Shown here: positions 1 to 8,337 of the stretch, piece after piece
Position numbering within the stretch: the stretch's first letter is position 1
Layout: every line of letters starts with the position of its first letter
NCBI GenBank assembly: GCA_964401865.1
Contig: CAYNZZ010000001.1
Span: forward strand, 205,441-237,440
Source of the DNA: an uncultured Erysipelotrichaceae bacterium
Lineage (GTDB): Bacteria > Bacillota_I > Bacilli_A > Erysipelotrichales > Erysipelotrichaceae
Direction: 5' to 3'
DNA length: 32,000 bases
The notes under the pieces: model-generated
What the model saw: only the letters and a program-made list of their open reading frames with translations
Database searches by the model: none
What the model was told of the DNA's origin: nothing
Made by a program: the position numbers and the translations under genes

Positions 1-1
1 C

Positions 2-895
2 ATAATGTCATTTATGATTGTTGCGATGATATGGGTTATGATACCGAGATCACTAGTAAGTGCCAATCGTATCTTTGAAGTATTAGATAGTGAAAACAGC
101 ATTGTCGATAAAGAAAAGACCGTTGCTTTACCAAATGAAAATGGTTCTTTGGTCTTTAAAGATGTTTCGTTTAAGTATCCACATGCTGAGGAATATGTCT
201 TGAAAAATATTTCCTTTGAAGCTAATCCTAAAGAAACAGTGGCTTTTATCGGTTCGACTGGCAGCGGCAAATCGACTCTTATCAAATTGATACCGAGATT
301 ATTTGATGTCAGTGATGGCGTGATTACTTATGATGGAATTGATATTCGCGATCTTAAGCAGGAAGAATTGAGAAATCGAATTGGTTATGTGCCACAAAAA
401 GTTGTACTGTTTACTGGTGATATTGAATCAAACATTAAGTTTGGGCGTGAAGTAGATGCCAAACATCTTAAAGAAGCCATTGAAGTATCACAATCTAAAA
501 ATATTATCGAAGAAAAAGAAGAAGGTTTAAAAAGCCCTATTGTTCAAGGTGGAACAAATGTTTCTGGCGGTCAAAAACAACGCCTATCAATCGCTAGAGC
601 TTTGGCTTCAGATGCAGGAATATACATTTTTGATGATTCTTTTTCAGCTTTAGATTATCAGACCGATAAGAAATTAAGAGCTTCATTAAGCAAGATGATA
701 GAAAAAACCAATTCCATTGTCTTGATCGTTGCTCAAAGGATATCGACTATCAAAAATGCCGATCGTATTATCGTTTTATCAGAAGGCGAAATAGTTGGTA
801 GCGGAACTCATGAAGAGTTAATGAAAAGCTGTGCTGTCTATCAGGAAATAGCTAAGTCACAGTTGAGTGAGGAGGAATTAGCTTATGCGTCATAA
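2..895 (+). CDS. ABC exporter half-transporter, C-terminal nucleotide-binding part (5' end outside window)
   Basis: The frame is open from the window edge. Walker A is GSTGSGKST, the signature is VSGGQKQRLSIARAL, and Walker B is IYIFDDSFSALD with Asp in place of the catalytic Glu. The stop overlaps the next gene's start (885/895). Confidence 0.9.
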   Translation: MMSFMIVAMIWVMIPRSLVSANRIFEVLDSENSIVDKEKTVALPNENGSLVFKDVSFKYPHAEEYVLKNISFEANPKETVAFIGSTGSGKSTLIKLIPRLFDVSDGVITYDGIDIRDLKQEELRNRIGYVPQKVVLFTGDIESNIKFGREVDAKHLKEAIEVSQSKNIIEEKEEGLKSPIVQGGTNVSGGQKQRLSIARALASDAGIYIFDDSFSALDYQTDKKLRASLSKMIEKTNSIVLIVAQRISTIKNADRIIVLSEGEIVGSGTHEELMKSCAVYQEIAKSQLSEEELAYAS

Positions 896-2705
896 TGGTT
901 CAGGTAAGATGCCTAAGACTAAAGCCAAGGATTTTAAAAAGACTGTTTATGATCTTTTGACATATTTGCGCCCATACTATTTTAAGATTATTTTTGTTTT
1001 GTGTATTACGATAATTGGAACTGTCTTGACTATTGTTGGACCAAAGATTTCCGGTCAAGCTACTACTAAATTATTCGAGGGTGTAGTATCAAAGGCGCAA
1101 GGTGGCGCAGGTATTGACTTTGACGGAATATTTAAAATTCTAATTGCTTTACTATGTATATATGTTGCTGGTTTACTTATCACGTATGTTTCTAACTGGA
1201 TATTGTCAGGTGTTTCCACGTCTATTTCTTATAATCTGAGAAAAGATATCAGTGAAAAAATCAATCGCTTGCCGTTAAAATATTTTGATAAGCAGACACA
1301 TGGCGAAGTATTATCAAGAGTTACAAATGATGTTGATAATATCTCACAGAATCTTAATTCGACAATTCAACAGATTTTAAGCAGTGTCGTAACTGTGGTT
1401 GGTGTTTTGGCAATGATGTTGTCGATTTCATGGAAATTAACTATCATCGGCTTATTGGTTATTCCAAGTTCGGGATTGTGTGCAGCTTTTATTGTTAAGA
1501 AATCGCAAAAATATTTCTATAAGCAGCAAGAATACTTAGGCCATGTCAATGGCCATATTGAAGAAATGTATTCTGGTCATTTGGTTATTAAGACTTTCAA
1601 TTACGAAGATAGAGCTATCGAAGACTTCGATAAGATGAATGAAGAATTATTTGCATCAGCGCATAAATCACAATTCTTATCAGCGGTTATGCATCCAATT
1701 ACTGTATTTTTGGGTAATATTGGTTATGTAGCGGTATGTCTTGTGGGCGGTTTTGAAGTTATTGCAGGCAATATTCCTCTAGGCGATATTCAAGCTTTCA
1801 TTCAGTATGTGAGACAATTAAATCAGCCAGTTAGCCAAGTCGCACAAATAATGAATGTCATTCAATCAATGACAGCTTCCGCTGAAAGAGTATTTGAAAT
1901 ATTAAATGAAGAGGAAGAGATAAAAGATACTGAAAACCCAGTTTCTATTTATGATGAAAATGGTAACTTAAATATTAAGGGCAATGTAACATTCGAAAAT
2001 GTAAGGTTTGGATACGATCCCGATGAAATTATTATTAAGAATTTCTCGATGTATGTAGCACCTGGCAAGCAGGTAGCGATTGTTGGTCCGACGGGAGCCG
2101 GCAAGACTACTCTAGTAAAACTATTAATGCGTTTTTATGAATTAAATGGCGGTTCAATCTATGTTGATGGTCAAAACATCAATGACTATACAAGAAAAGA
2201 TTTGCGTTCATTATTTGGTATGGTTTTACAAGATGCTTGGTTATACTCCGGAAGTATAAAAGACAATATTAAATATGGTAAACCTGATGCGAGTGATGAA
2301 GAGGTTGTTCAAGCCTGCAAAATGGCACATGTTGATCATTTTATCAGAACTTTAGATAATGGATACGATACAGAGATATCTGAAGAGACAAGCGCAATAT
2401 CGCAAGGTCAAAAACAACTACTAACTATCGCAAGAGCCTTTTTAAAAAATCCTAAGATTTTAATTCTTGATGAAGCGACATCCAGTGTTGATACGAGAAC
2501 TGAACAATTGATTCAAAAAGGTATGGAAGCTTTAATGAAAGGCAGAACTTCATTTGTCATAGCTCATCGTCTATCGACAATCAAAAACTCTGATCTTATC
2601 ATCGTGCTAAATGAGGGTGATATTGTTGAAGTCGGAAATCATGAGGAATTATTAGAAAAGAATGGTTTTTATTCTAAACTATATAACTCACAATTTGAGG
2701 GCTAA
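885..2705 (+). CDS. ABC exporter permease/ATP-binding protein (type I exporter half-transporter, partner of the upstream gene)
   Basis: 606 aa with an N-terminal multi-TM exporter domain. Walker A is GPTGAGKTT, the signature is the atypical ISQGQKQ, Walker B is ILILDEATSSVD and the H-loop is AHRLST. SD GAGGAGG (869-875) lies 9 nt before ATG 885. Confidence 0.92.
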   Translation: MRHNGSGKMPKTKAKDFKKTVYDLLTYLRPYYFKIIFVLCITIIGTVLTIVGPKISGQATTKLFEGVVSKAQGGAGIDFDGIFKILIALLCIYVAGLLITYVSNWILSGVSTSISYNLRKDISEKINRLPLKYFDKQTHGEVLSRVTNDVDNISQNLNSTIQQILSSVVTVVGVLAMMLSISWKLTIIGLLVIPSSGLCAAFIVKKSQKYFYKQQEYLGHVNGHIEEMYSGHLVIKTFNYEDRAIEDFDKMNEELFASAHKSQFLSAVMHPITVFLGNIGYVAVCLVGGFEVIAGNIPLGDIQAFIQYVRQLNQPVSQVAQIMNVIQSMTASAERVFEILNEEEEIKDTENPVSIYDENGNLNIKGNVTFENVRFGYDPDEIIIKNFSMYVAPGKQVAIVGPTGAGKTTLVKLLMRFYELNGGSIYVDGQNINDYTRKDLRSLFGMVLQDAWLYSGSIKDNIKYGKPDASDEEVVQACKMAHVDHFIRTLDNGYDTEISEETSAISQGQKQLLTIARAFLKNPKILILDEATSSVDTRTEQLIQKGMEALMKGRTSFVIAHRLSTIKNSDLIIVLNEGDIVEVGNHEELLEKNGFYSKLYNSQFEG

Positions 2706-2736
2706 TTAAATTATAAAATTAACATTTTAGACTATT

Positions 2737-2809
2737 AAAAATAAACCTTATTTGTAGTTACTCCTTAAAGTCCGATTTATGAGAGCACTACATTGATAGG
2801 TTTATTTTT
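2737..2809 (+). terminator. Long nested hairpin / probable intrinsic terminator after the exporter operon
   Basis: Perfect 12-bp inverted repeat AAAAATAAACCT (2737-2748) / AGGTTTATTTTT (2798-2809), with a nested TGTAGT (2753-2758) / ACTACA (2787-2792) pair and a T-run following. The 49-nt interior is unusually long for a simple terminator. Confidence 0.45.
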
Positions 2810-2919
2810 TCTTTGATATGAAAACAGATAAATAAGCATTATGGTGATGAAATTCAAAGTGTTTGTTGTTGGTGTTATGTAAAAAGCCAGTATTATTGGC
2901 AGTAATAGATTTTTTGTGT

Positions 2920-3648
2920 TTAAAATGATGAAAAAGTATATTCGTATATGTCAGAACGATATAAAGACACAGTATATTGAATTGGAACAGAAGTATTTTT
3001 TATATTTACATATCTAATCGAAGTGCTGCATAGAAGAGCTTTGGAAGAAGTTTGAAGCAATTCTAACTCTTCTTTTTTTCCTTCTAGAGCCTTTAGACGA
3101 GTATTGAAACCGACGATTGTATAACCGCATTCTTTCAAATAAATATCTAACGAGCCGTCTAGAGCACCTAAATTAAAATTAGGAATGAAATGTTGAGGCA
3201 TATATGTATATTGGATGGCGATAGGTGTGTTATCGCCGGTTCTAAGCCTGGTGATGAAGTACATATAATCCGAAGCTTTGATGTTTAATTCCTTTGCAAC
3301 CTTCAGATTGTCCTTGCCTCTTAACAGTTCAAAACCAATGAGTCGTGAACCGGGTGTTAAACCGATATTGCGCATATCATCACTAAAACTCATCTTCTTT
3401 TTGATGTTTCTGTTTACTGGGCGATTAGAAACAAAAGATCCTTTGCCTGGTGTGCGTACAATAAAACCAGTAAGGGCGAGATTGGCAAGTGTGGCGTGAA
3501 CAGTTTGACGACTGAAACCAAATTTTTCAGCCAGTTCAATCTCTGAAGGAATTTTGTCGCCAACTTTTAAATGTCCATCTCTAATCTCTTGAATAATATA
3601 ATTTTCAAGGATTTGCTTCTTTGATTTTTTTTCTTTCAAGTCATTCAC
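2920..3648 (-). CDS. GntR family (HutC subfamily) transcriptional regulator
   Basis: Winged-helix motif IPSEIELAEKFGFSRQTVHATLANLALTGFIVRTPGKGSFV plus a C-terminal UTRA-like effector domain. The track start at 3705 adds a hydrophobic 19-aa extension that lies inside the operator region. I therefore prefer GTG 3648; TTG 3639, preceded by AAAGGTG, is an alternative. Confidence 0.85.
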   Translation of the reverse strand: MNDLKEKKSKKQILENYIIQEIRDGHLKVGDKIPSEIELAEKFGFSRQTVHATLANLALTGFIVRTPGKGSFVSNRPVNRNIKKKMSFSDDMRNIGLTPGSRLIGFELLRGKDNLKVAKELNIKASDYMYFITRLRTGDNTPIAIQYTYMPQHFIPNFNLGALDGSLDIYLKECGYTIVGFNTRLKALEGKKEELELLQTSSKALLCSTSIRYVNIKNTSVPIQYTVSLYRSDIYEYTFSSF

Positions 3649-3695
3649 CTTTACACAATTATAGCATGTGAAAACTATTATATGTAAAAAGAAAT

Positions 3696-3730
3696 AAATG
3701 TACATAATTATACATTTAAATGTATATACA
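3696..3730. promoter_or_regulatory. Overlapping TGTA/TACA dyads, candidate HutC-type operator in the divergent GntR/PTS promoter region
   Basis: TACATTTAAATGTA (3711-3724) is a perfect 14-bp palindrome and TGTATATACA (3721-3730) is a perfect 10-bp palindrome. AAATGTACA..TATACATTT (3696-3717) is a 9-bp inverted repeat with one mismatch. HutC-subfamily operators are typically TGTA-N-TACA-like dyads. Confidence 0.5.
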
Positions 3731-3833
3731 AAACGATAGAAAAGTTATATTATTTAATTAGCAAAAGGAGCCATAGAGGAGGTGCAAATGTAAACGGTTC
3801 CATAATTAAGTTTATAAAAAGAAGGAGAATAAT

Positions 3834-4583
3834 ATGGATTTTTTTACAGCATTAGTTATTAGTATAATTACTGGTTTGTCTTATTTGCTACGCCGTATTA
3901 TGGGTGATTGCCAATTAGAAAGACCTCTAGTATTAGGACCTGTCATCGGTTTGATTTTAGGCGATTTGCCAACAGGTTTATTTGTAGGTGCATCATTAGA
4001 ATTAGTATTCATGGGTGCTCAAGCTATCGGTGGCTCAGTGCCGTCTAATGTCGCTATTGGCAGCGCACTAGGTACTGTTGTAGCTATTACAAGTGGTACT
4101 GGTTTAGAAGGTGCGATTTTAGTTGCGACTCCAGTAGCAGTTGTAGCCTCTACTTTTGAAACAATCGTTAAAGCCGGTTGTGCGGTATTTGCAGGCGGAG
4201 CAACAAAAGCTGCTGAAAATGGAAATGAGACTGGTATTAAAGTTATGTTCCATCTTGGAAATTTAGCTCATTTCTTGGCTTACTTCATTCCAACATTCTT
4301 AGCATTATTCTATGGTGTTGAATTAGTTACTCAACTAATGAATTCGATTCCTGCTGATATTATGGCTGGTATCTCGGCAATGGGCGCTCTACTTCCGGCA
4401 CTTGGATTTGGCTTGTTGTTGAACAATTTAAGTACAAAGGATTTCATGCCTTATTTCTTCATCGGTTTTGCACTTGCTGCATATATCCCGGCATTTGGTG
4501 TTATGGGAATTGCATTTATCGGTGTAGCATATGTTGCGATTTATGCTTTCAACAAGATTAAAGTTGCGAAAGGAGAAGAATAA
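3834..4583 (+). CDS. PTS mannose/fructose/sorbose-family transporter subunit IIC
   Basis: 249-aa polytopic membrane protein with the typical IIC-Man N-terminus (LERPLVLGPVIGLILGD, GASLELVFMG). SD AGAAGGAGA lies upstream. It is followed 2 nt later by the IID gene. Confidence 0.92.
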   Translation: MDFFTALVISIITGLSYLLRRIMGDCQLERPLVLGPVIGLILGDLPTGLFVGASLELVFMGAQAIGGSVPSNVAIGSALGTVVAITSGTGLEGAILVATPVAVVASTFETIVKAGCAVFAGGATKAAENGNETGIKVMFHLGNLAHFLAYFIPTFLALFYGVELVTQLMNSIPADIMAGISAMGALLPALGFGLLLNNLSTKDFMPYFFIGFALAAYIPAFGVMGIAFIGVAYVAIYAFNKIKVAKGEE

Positions 4584-4585
4584 TC

Positions 4586-5395
4586 ATGTCAGAAAATAAA
4601 AAAGTTCTTACTAAATCCGATATAACCAGACTTTTCATTCGCTCTAATGCGATTCAAGGAGCATTTAACTTCCAAACTATGCAAGGTATGGGCTTTGGTT
4701 GGGCTATGCTTCCAATTATTGATAAATTATATCCTAATAAAGAAGACCGTATTGAAGGTTATAAAAGACACATTGGTTATTTTAACTCTCATCCATGGCT
4801 TGTAGGTCCAATCTTTGGAATTACTGCATCAATGGAAGAAAGAAAATCTTTGGGCGAAGATGTATCCGAAGAAAATATTCAAGCTGTTAAAGGTGCTTTA
4901 ATGGGGCCTTTAGCTGGTATTGGCGACTCTTTACTTTGGGGTACTTTAAGACCTATCTTCGCTGGCGTTTGTGCTTCTTTGGCTTTGGCAGGAAATACTT
5001 TGGCACCATTGATTTTTGTTATCGGAATGAATATCATCCACTTCGCTTTACAATACTGGGGTGTATCAATTGGTTATAATTTCGCTGACACATTCATGGA
5101 TAAGATGGAAGATCTACAAATCAAAGTGTGGATGGAATCGGCTACAATTTTAGGCTTGCTAGTAGTTGGCGGATTAACAGCTACTTGGCTAAATATCACT
5201 ACAAAACTTTCTTATACAACAGGTGATGCTGTTATTTCATTGCAGAGTACTCTGGATTCAATTTTGCCTAAACTCCTTCCTTTGCTATGTGTACTGGGTG
5301 TATACGGATTATTACGTAAAGGCAAGAGTGCTACATTTGTTATGGTGCTAATCTGTATCTTAGCATTTGTATTGGGCTTCTTTGGCATACTATAA
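4586..5395 (+). CDS. PTS mannose/fructose/sorbose-family transporter subunit IID
   Basis: 269 aa with the IID hallmark N-terminal region LFIRSNAIQGAFNFQTMQGMGFGWAMLP and YFNSHPW, and C-terminal TM helices. Confidence 0.92.
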   Translation: MSENKKVLTKSDITRLFIRSNAIQGAFNFQTMQGMGFGWAMLPIIDKLYPNKEDRIEGYKRHIGYFNSHPWLVGPIFGITASMEERKSLGEDVSEENIQAVKGALMGPLAGIGDSLLWGTLRPIFAGVCASLALAGNTLAPLIFVIGMNIIHFALQYWGVSIGYNFADTFMDKMEDLQIKVWMESATILGLLVVGGLTATWLNITTKLSYTTGDAVISLQSTLDSILPKLLPLLCVLGVYGLLRKGKSATFVMVLICILAFVLGFFGIL

Positions 5396-5422
5396 TGCAC
5401 GCAAAGAGGGAAATAATGATTT

Positions 5423-5905
5423 ATGGGTTTAGAATTAGTTAGATGTGATGACCGCTTGATTCATGGTCAAGTAGTAATTGGATGGACTCGTTCAAGAGGT
5501 ATCACAACCATTGTGGCCGTTGATGATAAGACGGCTAGTGATAAGTTTCAAATGCAACTTATGAAAATGGCTACTCCACCGGGAGTAAAGCCAATCTTTT
5601 TGAGCGTTGAAGATGCGATTAAGAAGATTAAAGATGGCGAATTTGAAAAATCAAAATACATGATTTTAGTAAAAACGCCCAAAACTATAAATGACTTAAT
5701 TAGTGGTGGTGTCAATATCAAAGAGGTTAATGTTGGAAATCAACGTTCAGGAGAAGGAAAGGTCAAATTATTGAATTTTGTCTATTCAACAAGCGATGAA
5801 ATAGCTGAATGGAAAAAATTAAACGATAATGGAATTAAGTTATATGGTCAAACACTTCCTGATACACCAAGCTTTGATATGAATGAGATTGCAAGTAAGT
5901 TATAA
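5423..5905 (+). CDS. PTS mannose-family subunit IIB
   Basis: 160 aa. RCDDRLIHGQVVIGW contains the phosphorylatable His motif of IIB-Man. Overall it resembles the IIB domain of ManX. Confidence 0.9.
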   Translation: MGLELVRCDDRLIHGQVVIGWTRSRGITTIVAVDDKTASDKFQMQLMKMATPPGVKPIFLSVEDAIKKIKDGEFEKSKYMILVKTPKTINDLISGGVNIKEVNVGNQRSGEGKVKLLNFVYSTSDEIAEWKKLNDNGIKLYGQTLPDTPSFDMNEIASKL

Positions 5906-7521
5906 TGCAATACAATGCACTGGAACAAAGATACAATTTAAGTCGATATAGTGTTGCGGGTAAAAACGGAATGGTATGTTCAAGCTCGGCTTTAGCTTCA
6001 CAAGCTGGGCTTGACATGCTAAAAAAAGGTGGAAATGCAGTCGATGCAGCAATTGCCACAGCAGCATGTTTATCGGTTGTTGAGCCGGTTAGTAACGGCC
6101 TTGGTGGTGATGCTTTTGCGATTGTTTATCTAAAAGACGATGATAAATTATATGGTTTAAATGCATCGGGATATAGTCCTAAAAATATATCAATTGATGC
6201 TGTTAAAGCTTTAGGATATGAACAAATACCTAAACATGGTTGGCTTCCGATTGTAATACCTGGTCAACCTATGGCTTGGGCAAAACTGAACGAACGTTTT
6301 GGAAAATTGCCGCTTACTGAAGTGCTGAAGCCAGCTATTGATTATGCTGAAAATGGTTATCCTTTATCGCCGGTTGTCAGCCATTTGTGGCAAAAATATG
6401 TCAGCAGAAATAAAGAAGAATTTGAAAAGGATCCGGCTTTTAATGAATGGTTTAAGATGTTTACTAAGAATGGCGAACCGTATCAATTTGGTGAGATAGT
6501 CAAGTTTAAGGATTTAGCAAAATCATTGCGTTTAATTGGTGAAACAAATGCCAGAGCTTTCTATGAGGGTGAAATTGCACAAAAGATTGTCAAGCAATCA
6601 GCTCGTGATGGAGGCTTTATTACTTTAGATGATTTAAAGGAATATAAAGCCGATTGGGTTGAGCCGATTAAACTTAACTATCGAGGTTATGATGTTTATG
6701 AGCTTCCCCCTAACGGTCAGGGTATTGTGACATTGATGGCTCTAAATACGTTGTCTAATTTTGACTTTAATAAAAAAGATGATGTTATAACTTATCACCG
6801 TCAATTTGAAGCTATGAAGATGGCTTTTGAAGATGCATTTAAGTTTGTTAGTGATCCTAGATTTATGAAAGAAGATTACCATTCATACCTTGAAAGCGAT
6901 TATGGCAAATATAAGGCTGAATTAATTAATGATAAAGCCTATACACCAAGTGATGGCGAGCCTTCTAAAAGTGGTACTGTCTATTTGTGTACTGCTGATA
7001 AAGACGGCAACATGGTTTCATACATTCAAAGCAATTATATGGATTTCGGTAGTGGTATCGTCATTGAAGATTACGGTATTGCCATGGAAAATCGTGGATA
7101 TGATTTTTCTTTGAATCCTGGCAGCATTAATGCACTAGGTGGAAGAAAACGTTGCTATCACACGATTATTCCGGGTTTTTTAGCAAAAGATGGCAAAGCT
7201 ATTGGTCCGTTTGGGGTTATGGGCGGTTATATGCAACCGCAAGGTCATGTTCAAGTTCTAATGAACTACATCGATTTTAAACTAAGTCCTCAAATGTGTT
7301 TAGATGCGCCTAGATGGCAATGGAAGAAGGGCAAGGAATTTATTGTTGAACCTTCGTTTGATGCTAAAATTGTCGATGAATTAAGAGCGTTAGGGCATGA
7401 AATAACAGTGGCTGAAGATAATTTCTCTTTTGGTCGTGCTGAGTTTATCACAAGACTTGATAATGGAATATATGTTGGGGCGACAGAGTCAAGAACTGAT
7501 GGTTCAGTTGCTACTTATTAA
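5905..7521 (+). CDS. Gamma-glutamyltransferase family protein (Ntn hydrolase), no signal peptide (YwrD-like, predicted cytoplasmic)
   Basis: 538 aa. The predicted autoprocessing/nucleophile Thr lies in KSGTVYLCTADKDGNMVS. GGT motifs GLGGDAF and GVMGGYMQPQGHVQVL are present. The ATG overlaps the IIB stop (TAATG at 5903-5907). Confidence 0.88.
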   Translation: MQYNALEQRYNLSRYSVAGKNGMVCSSSALASQAGLDMLKKGGNAVDAAIATAACLSVVEPVSNGLGGDAFAIVYLKDDDKLYGLNASGYSPKNISIDAVKALGYEQIPKHGWLPIVIPGQPMAWAKLNERFGKLPLTEVLKPAIDYAENGYPLSPVVSHLWQKYVSRNKEEFEKDPAFNEWFKMFTKNGEPYQFGEIVKFKDLAKSLRLIGETNARAFYEGEIAQKIVKQSARDGGFITLDDLKEYKADWVEPIKLNYRGYDVYELPPNGQGIVTLMALNTLSNFDFNKKDDVITYHRQFEAMKMAFEDAFKFVSDPRFMKEDYHSYLESDYGKYKAELINDKAYTPSDGEPSKSGTVYLCTADKDGNMVSYIQSNYMDFGSGIVIEDYGIAMENRGYDFSLNPGSINALGGRKRCYHTIIPGFLAKDGKAIGPFGVMGGYMQPQGHVQVLMNYIDFKLSPQMCLDAPRWQWKKGKEFIVEPSFDAKIVDELRALGHEITVAEDNFSFGRAEFITRLDNGIYVGATESRTDGSVATY

Positions 7522-7603
7522 AGTTTGGCTGTAACTAACCTTTAGACAGATTACAACCAATCCAGAAAAAGATAATAAAAAGAAATTAATAATGGCAATA
7601 AAA

Positions 7604-7624
7604 AGAGGACTGGTCAAGTCCTCT
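7604..7624. terminator. Shared hairpin terminator between convergent genes
   Basis: AGAGGACT (7604-7611) / AGTCCTCT (7617-7624) form a perfect 8-bp stem with a 5-nt loop. The flanks are an A-run on the left and TT(A)n on the right, so the U-tract is better on the minus strand. Confidence 0.6.
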
Positions 7625-7637
7625 TTAAAAAAGATAT

Positions 7638-8165
7638 TTATTGAGAAGTGATATAATCTAAATATTCTTTTCTAATAGTATTTAGTTTTTCATAGATATT
7701 CAAATAAGAATCCTTATAATCATCATCAATAAAGATTATTTCTTTTTTTAACTCTCCATTGATATAGACTGCACTTCCATCTTCATAAAGGCGTAAATAT
7801 GTATCATCTTTTGTGTTTATCAAAAGAAGACAATTACTGGAATTTGAAACGTTGGCAGTATCTTTAATAGAATATGTATTTAATTTATCTAACTCATTGA
7901 GAATATCTATTCTAGCCGCTTCAATTCTCTCATTATAGCCAGTTACATCAAAAGCCAATTCTTTATCGTCGGGTATTGGGATATATTGACTGTCTAAAAG
8001 TATAGATTTATTTAGCCATTTTCTTGTAGGATAATCAGGATTGTAGTATATTCGTATATCATTTCTATTTTCTTTTTTAAAACTAGAAAATGATATTTTA
8101 TTTGAACTACACGCAAAGAGAAGTAGCAAAACGATTAAAATAATTTTTTTATTTGTATTGCTCAT
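7638..8165 (-). CDS. Lipoprotein of unknown function
   Basis: 175 aa with a signal peptide and lipobox (LLLLFAC-SS). SD AAGAGGT lies upstream. I recognise no domain. Confidence 0.7.
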   Translation of the reverse strand: MSNTNKKIILIVLLLLFACSSNKISFSSFKKENRNDIRIYYNPDYPTRKWLNKSILLDSQYIPIPDDKELAFDVTGYNERIEAARIDILNELDKLNTYSIKDTANVSNSSNCLLLINTKDDTYLRLYEDGSAVYINGELKKEIIFIDDDYKDSYLNIYEKLNTIRKEYLDYITSQ

Positions 8166-8201
8166 TTTTACCTCTTTCTATTTTTGAAATATTAATAATA
8201 A

Positions 8202-8227
8202 AAGCACAAGTCAAAAGACCTGTGCTT
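8202..8227 (-). terminator. Intrinsic terminator (minus strand) between the leader ORF and the lipoprotein gene
   Basis: The minus-strand RNA AAGCACAGGUC-UUUU-GACUUGUGCUU gives an 11-bp stem with one G-U pair, followed by UUAUUAUU. Confidence 0.6.
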
Positions 8228-8273
8228 AAATTAATTCTCCGTTTTTATATCTATGAGGGTTATATTTAAACAT
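8226..8273 (-). CDS. Candidate 15-aa leader peptide MFKYNPHRYKNGELI
   Basis: Below the ORF-track size cutoff. A strong SD, AGGAGG (8280-8285), lies 6 nt before the ATG at 8273. Its own promoter-like elements are TTAACA (8317-8322), a 16-nt spacer and TATAAT (8295-8300). The stop codon overlaps the terminator stem. Confidence 0.3.
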   Translation of the reverse strand: MFKYNPHRYKNGELI

Positions 8274-8337
8274 ATTAATCCTCCTTACAATTTAATTATA
8301 CAATGAAAAACCGATATGTTAATGCAAGACTGACTAC

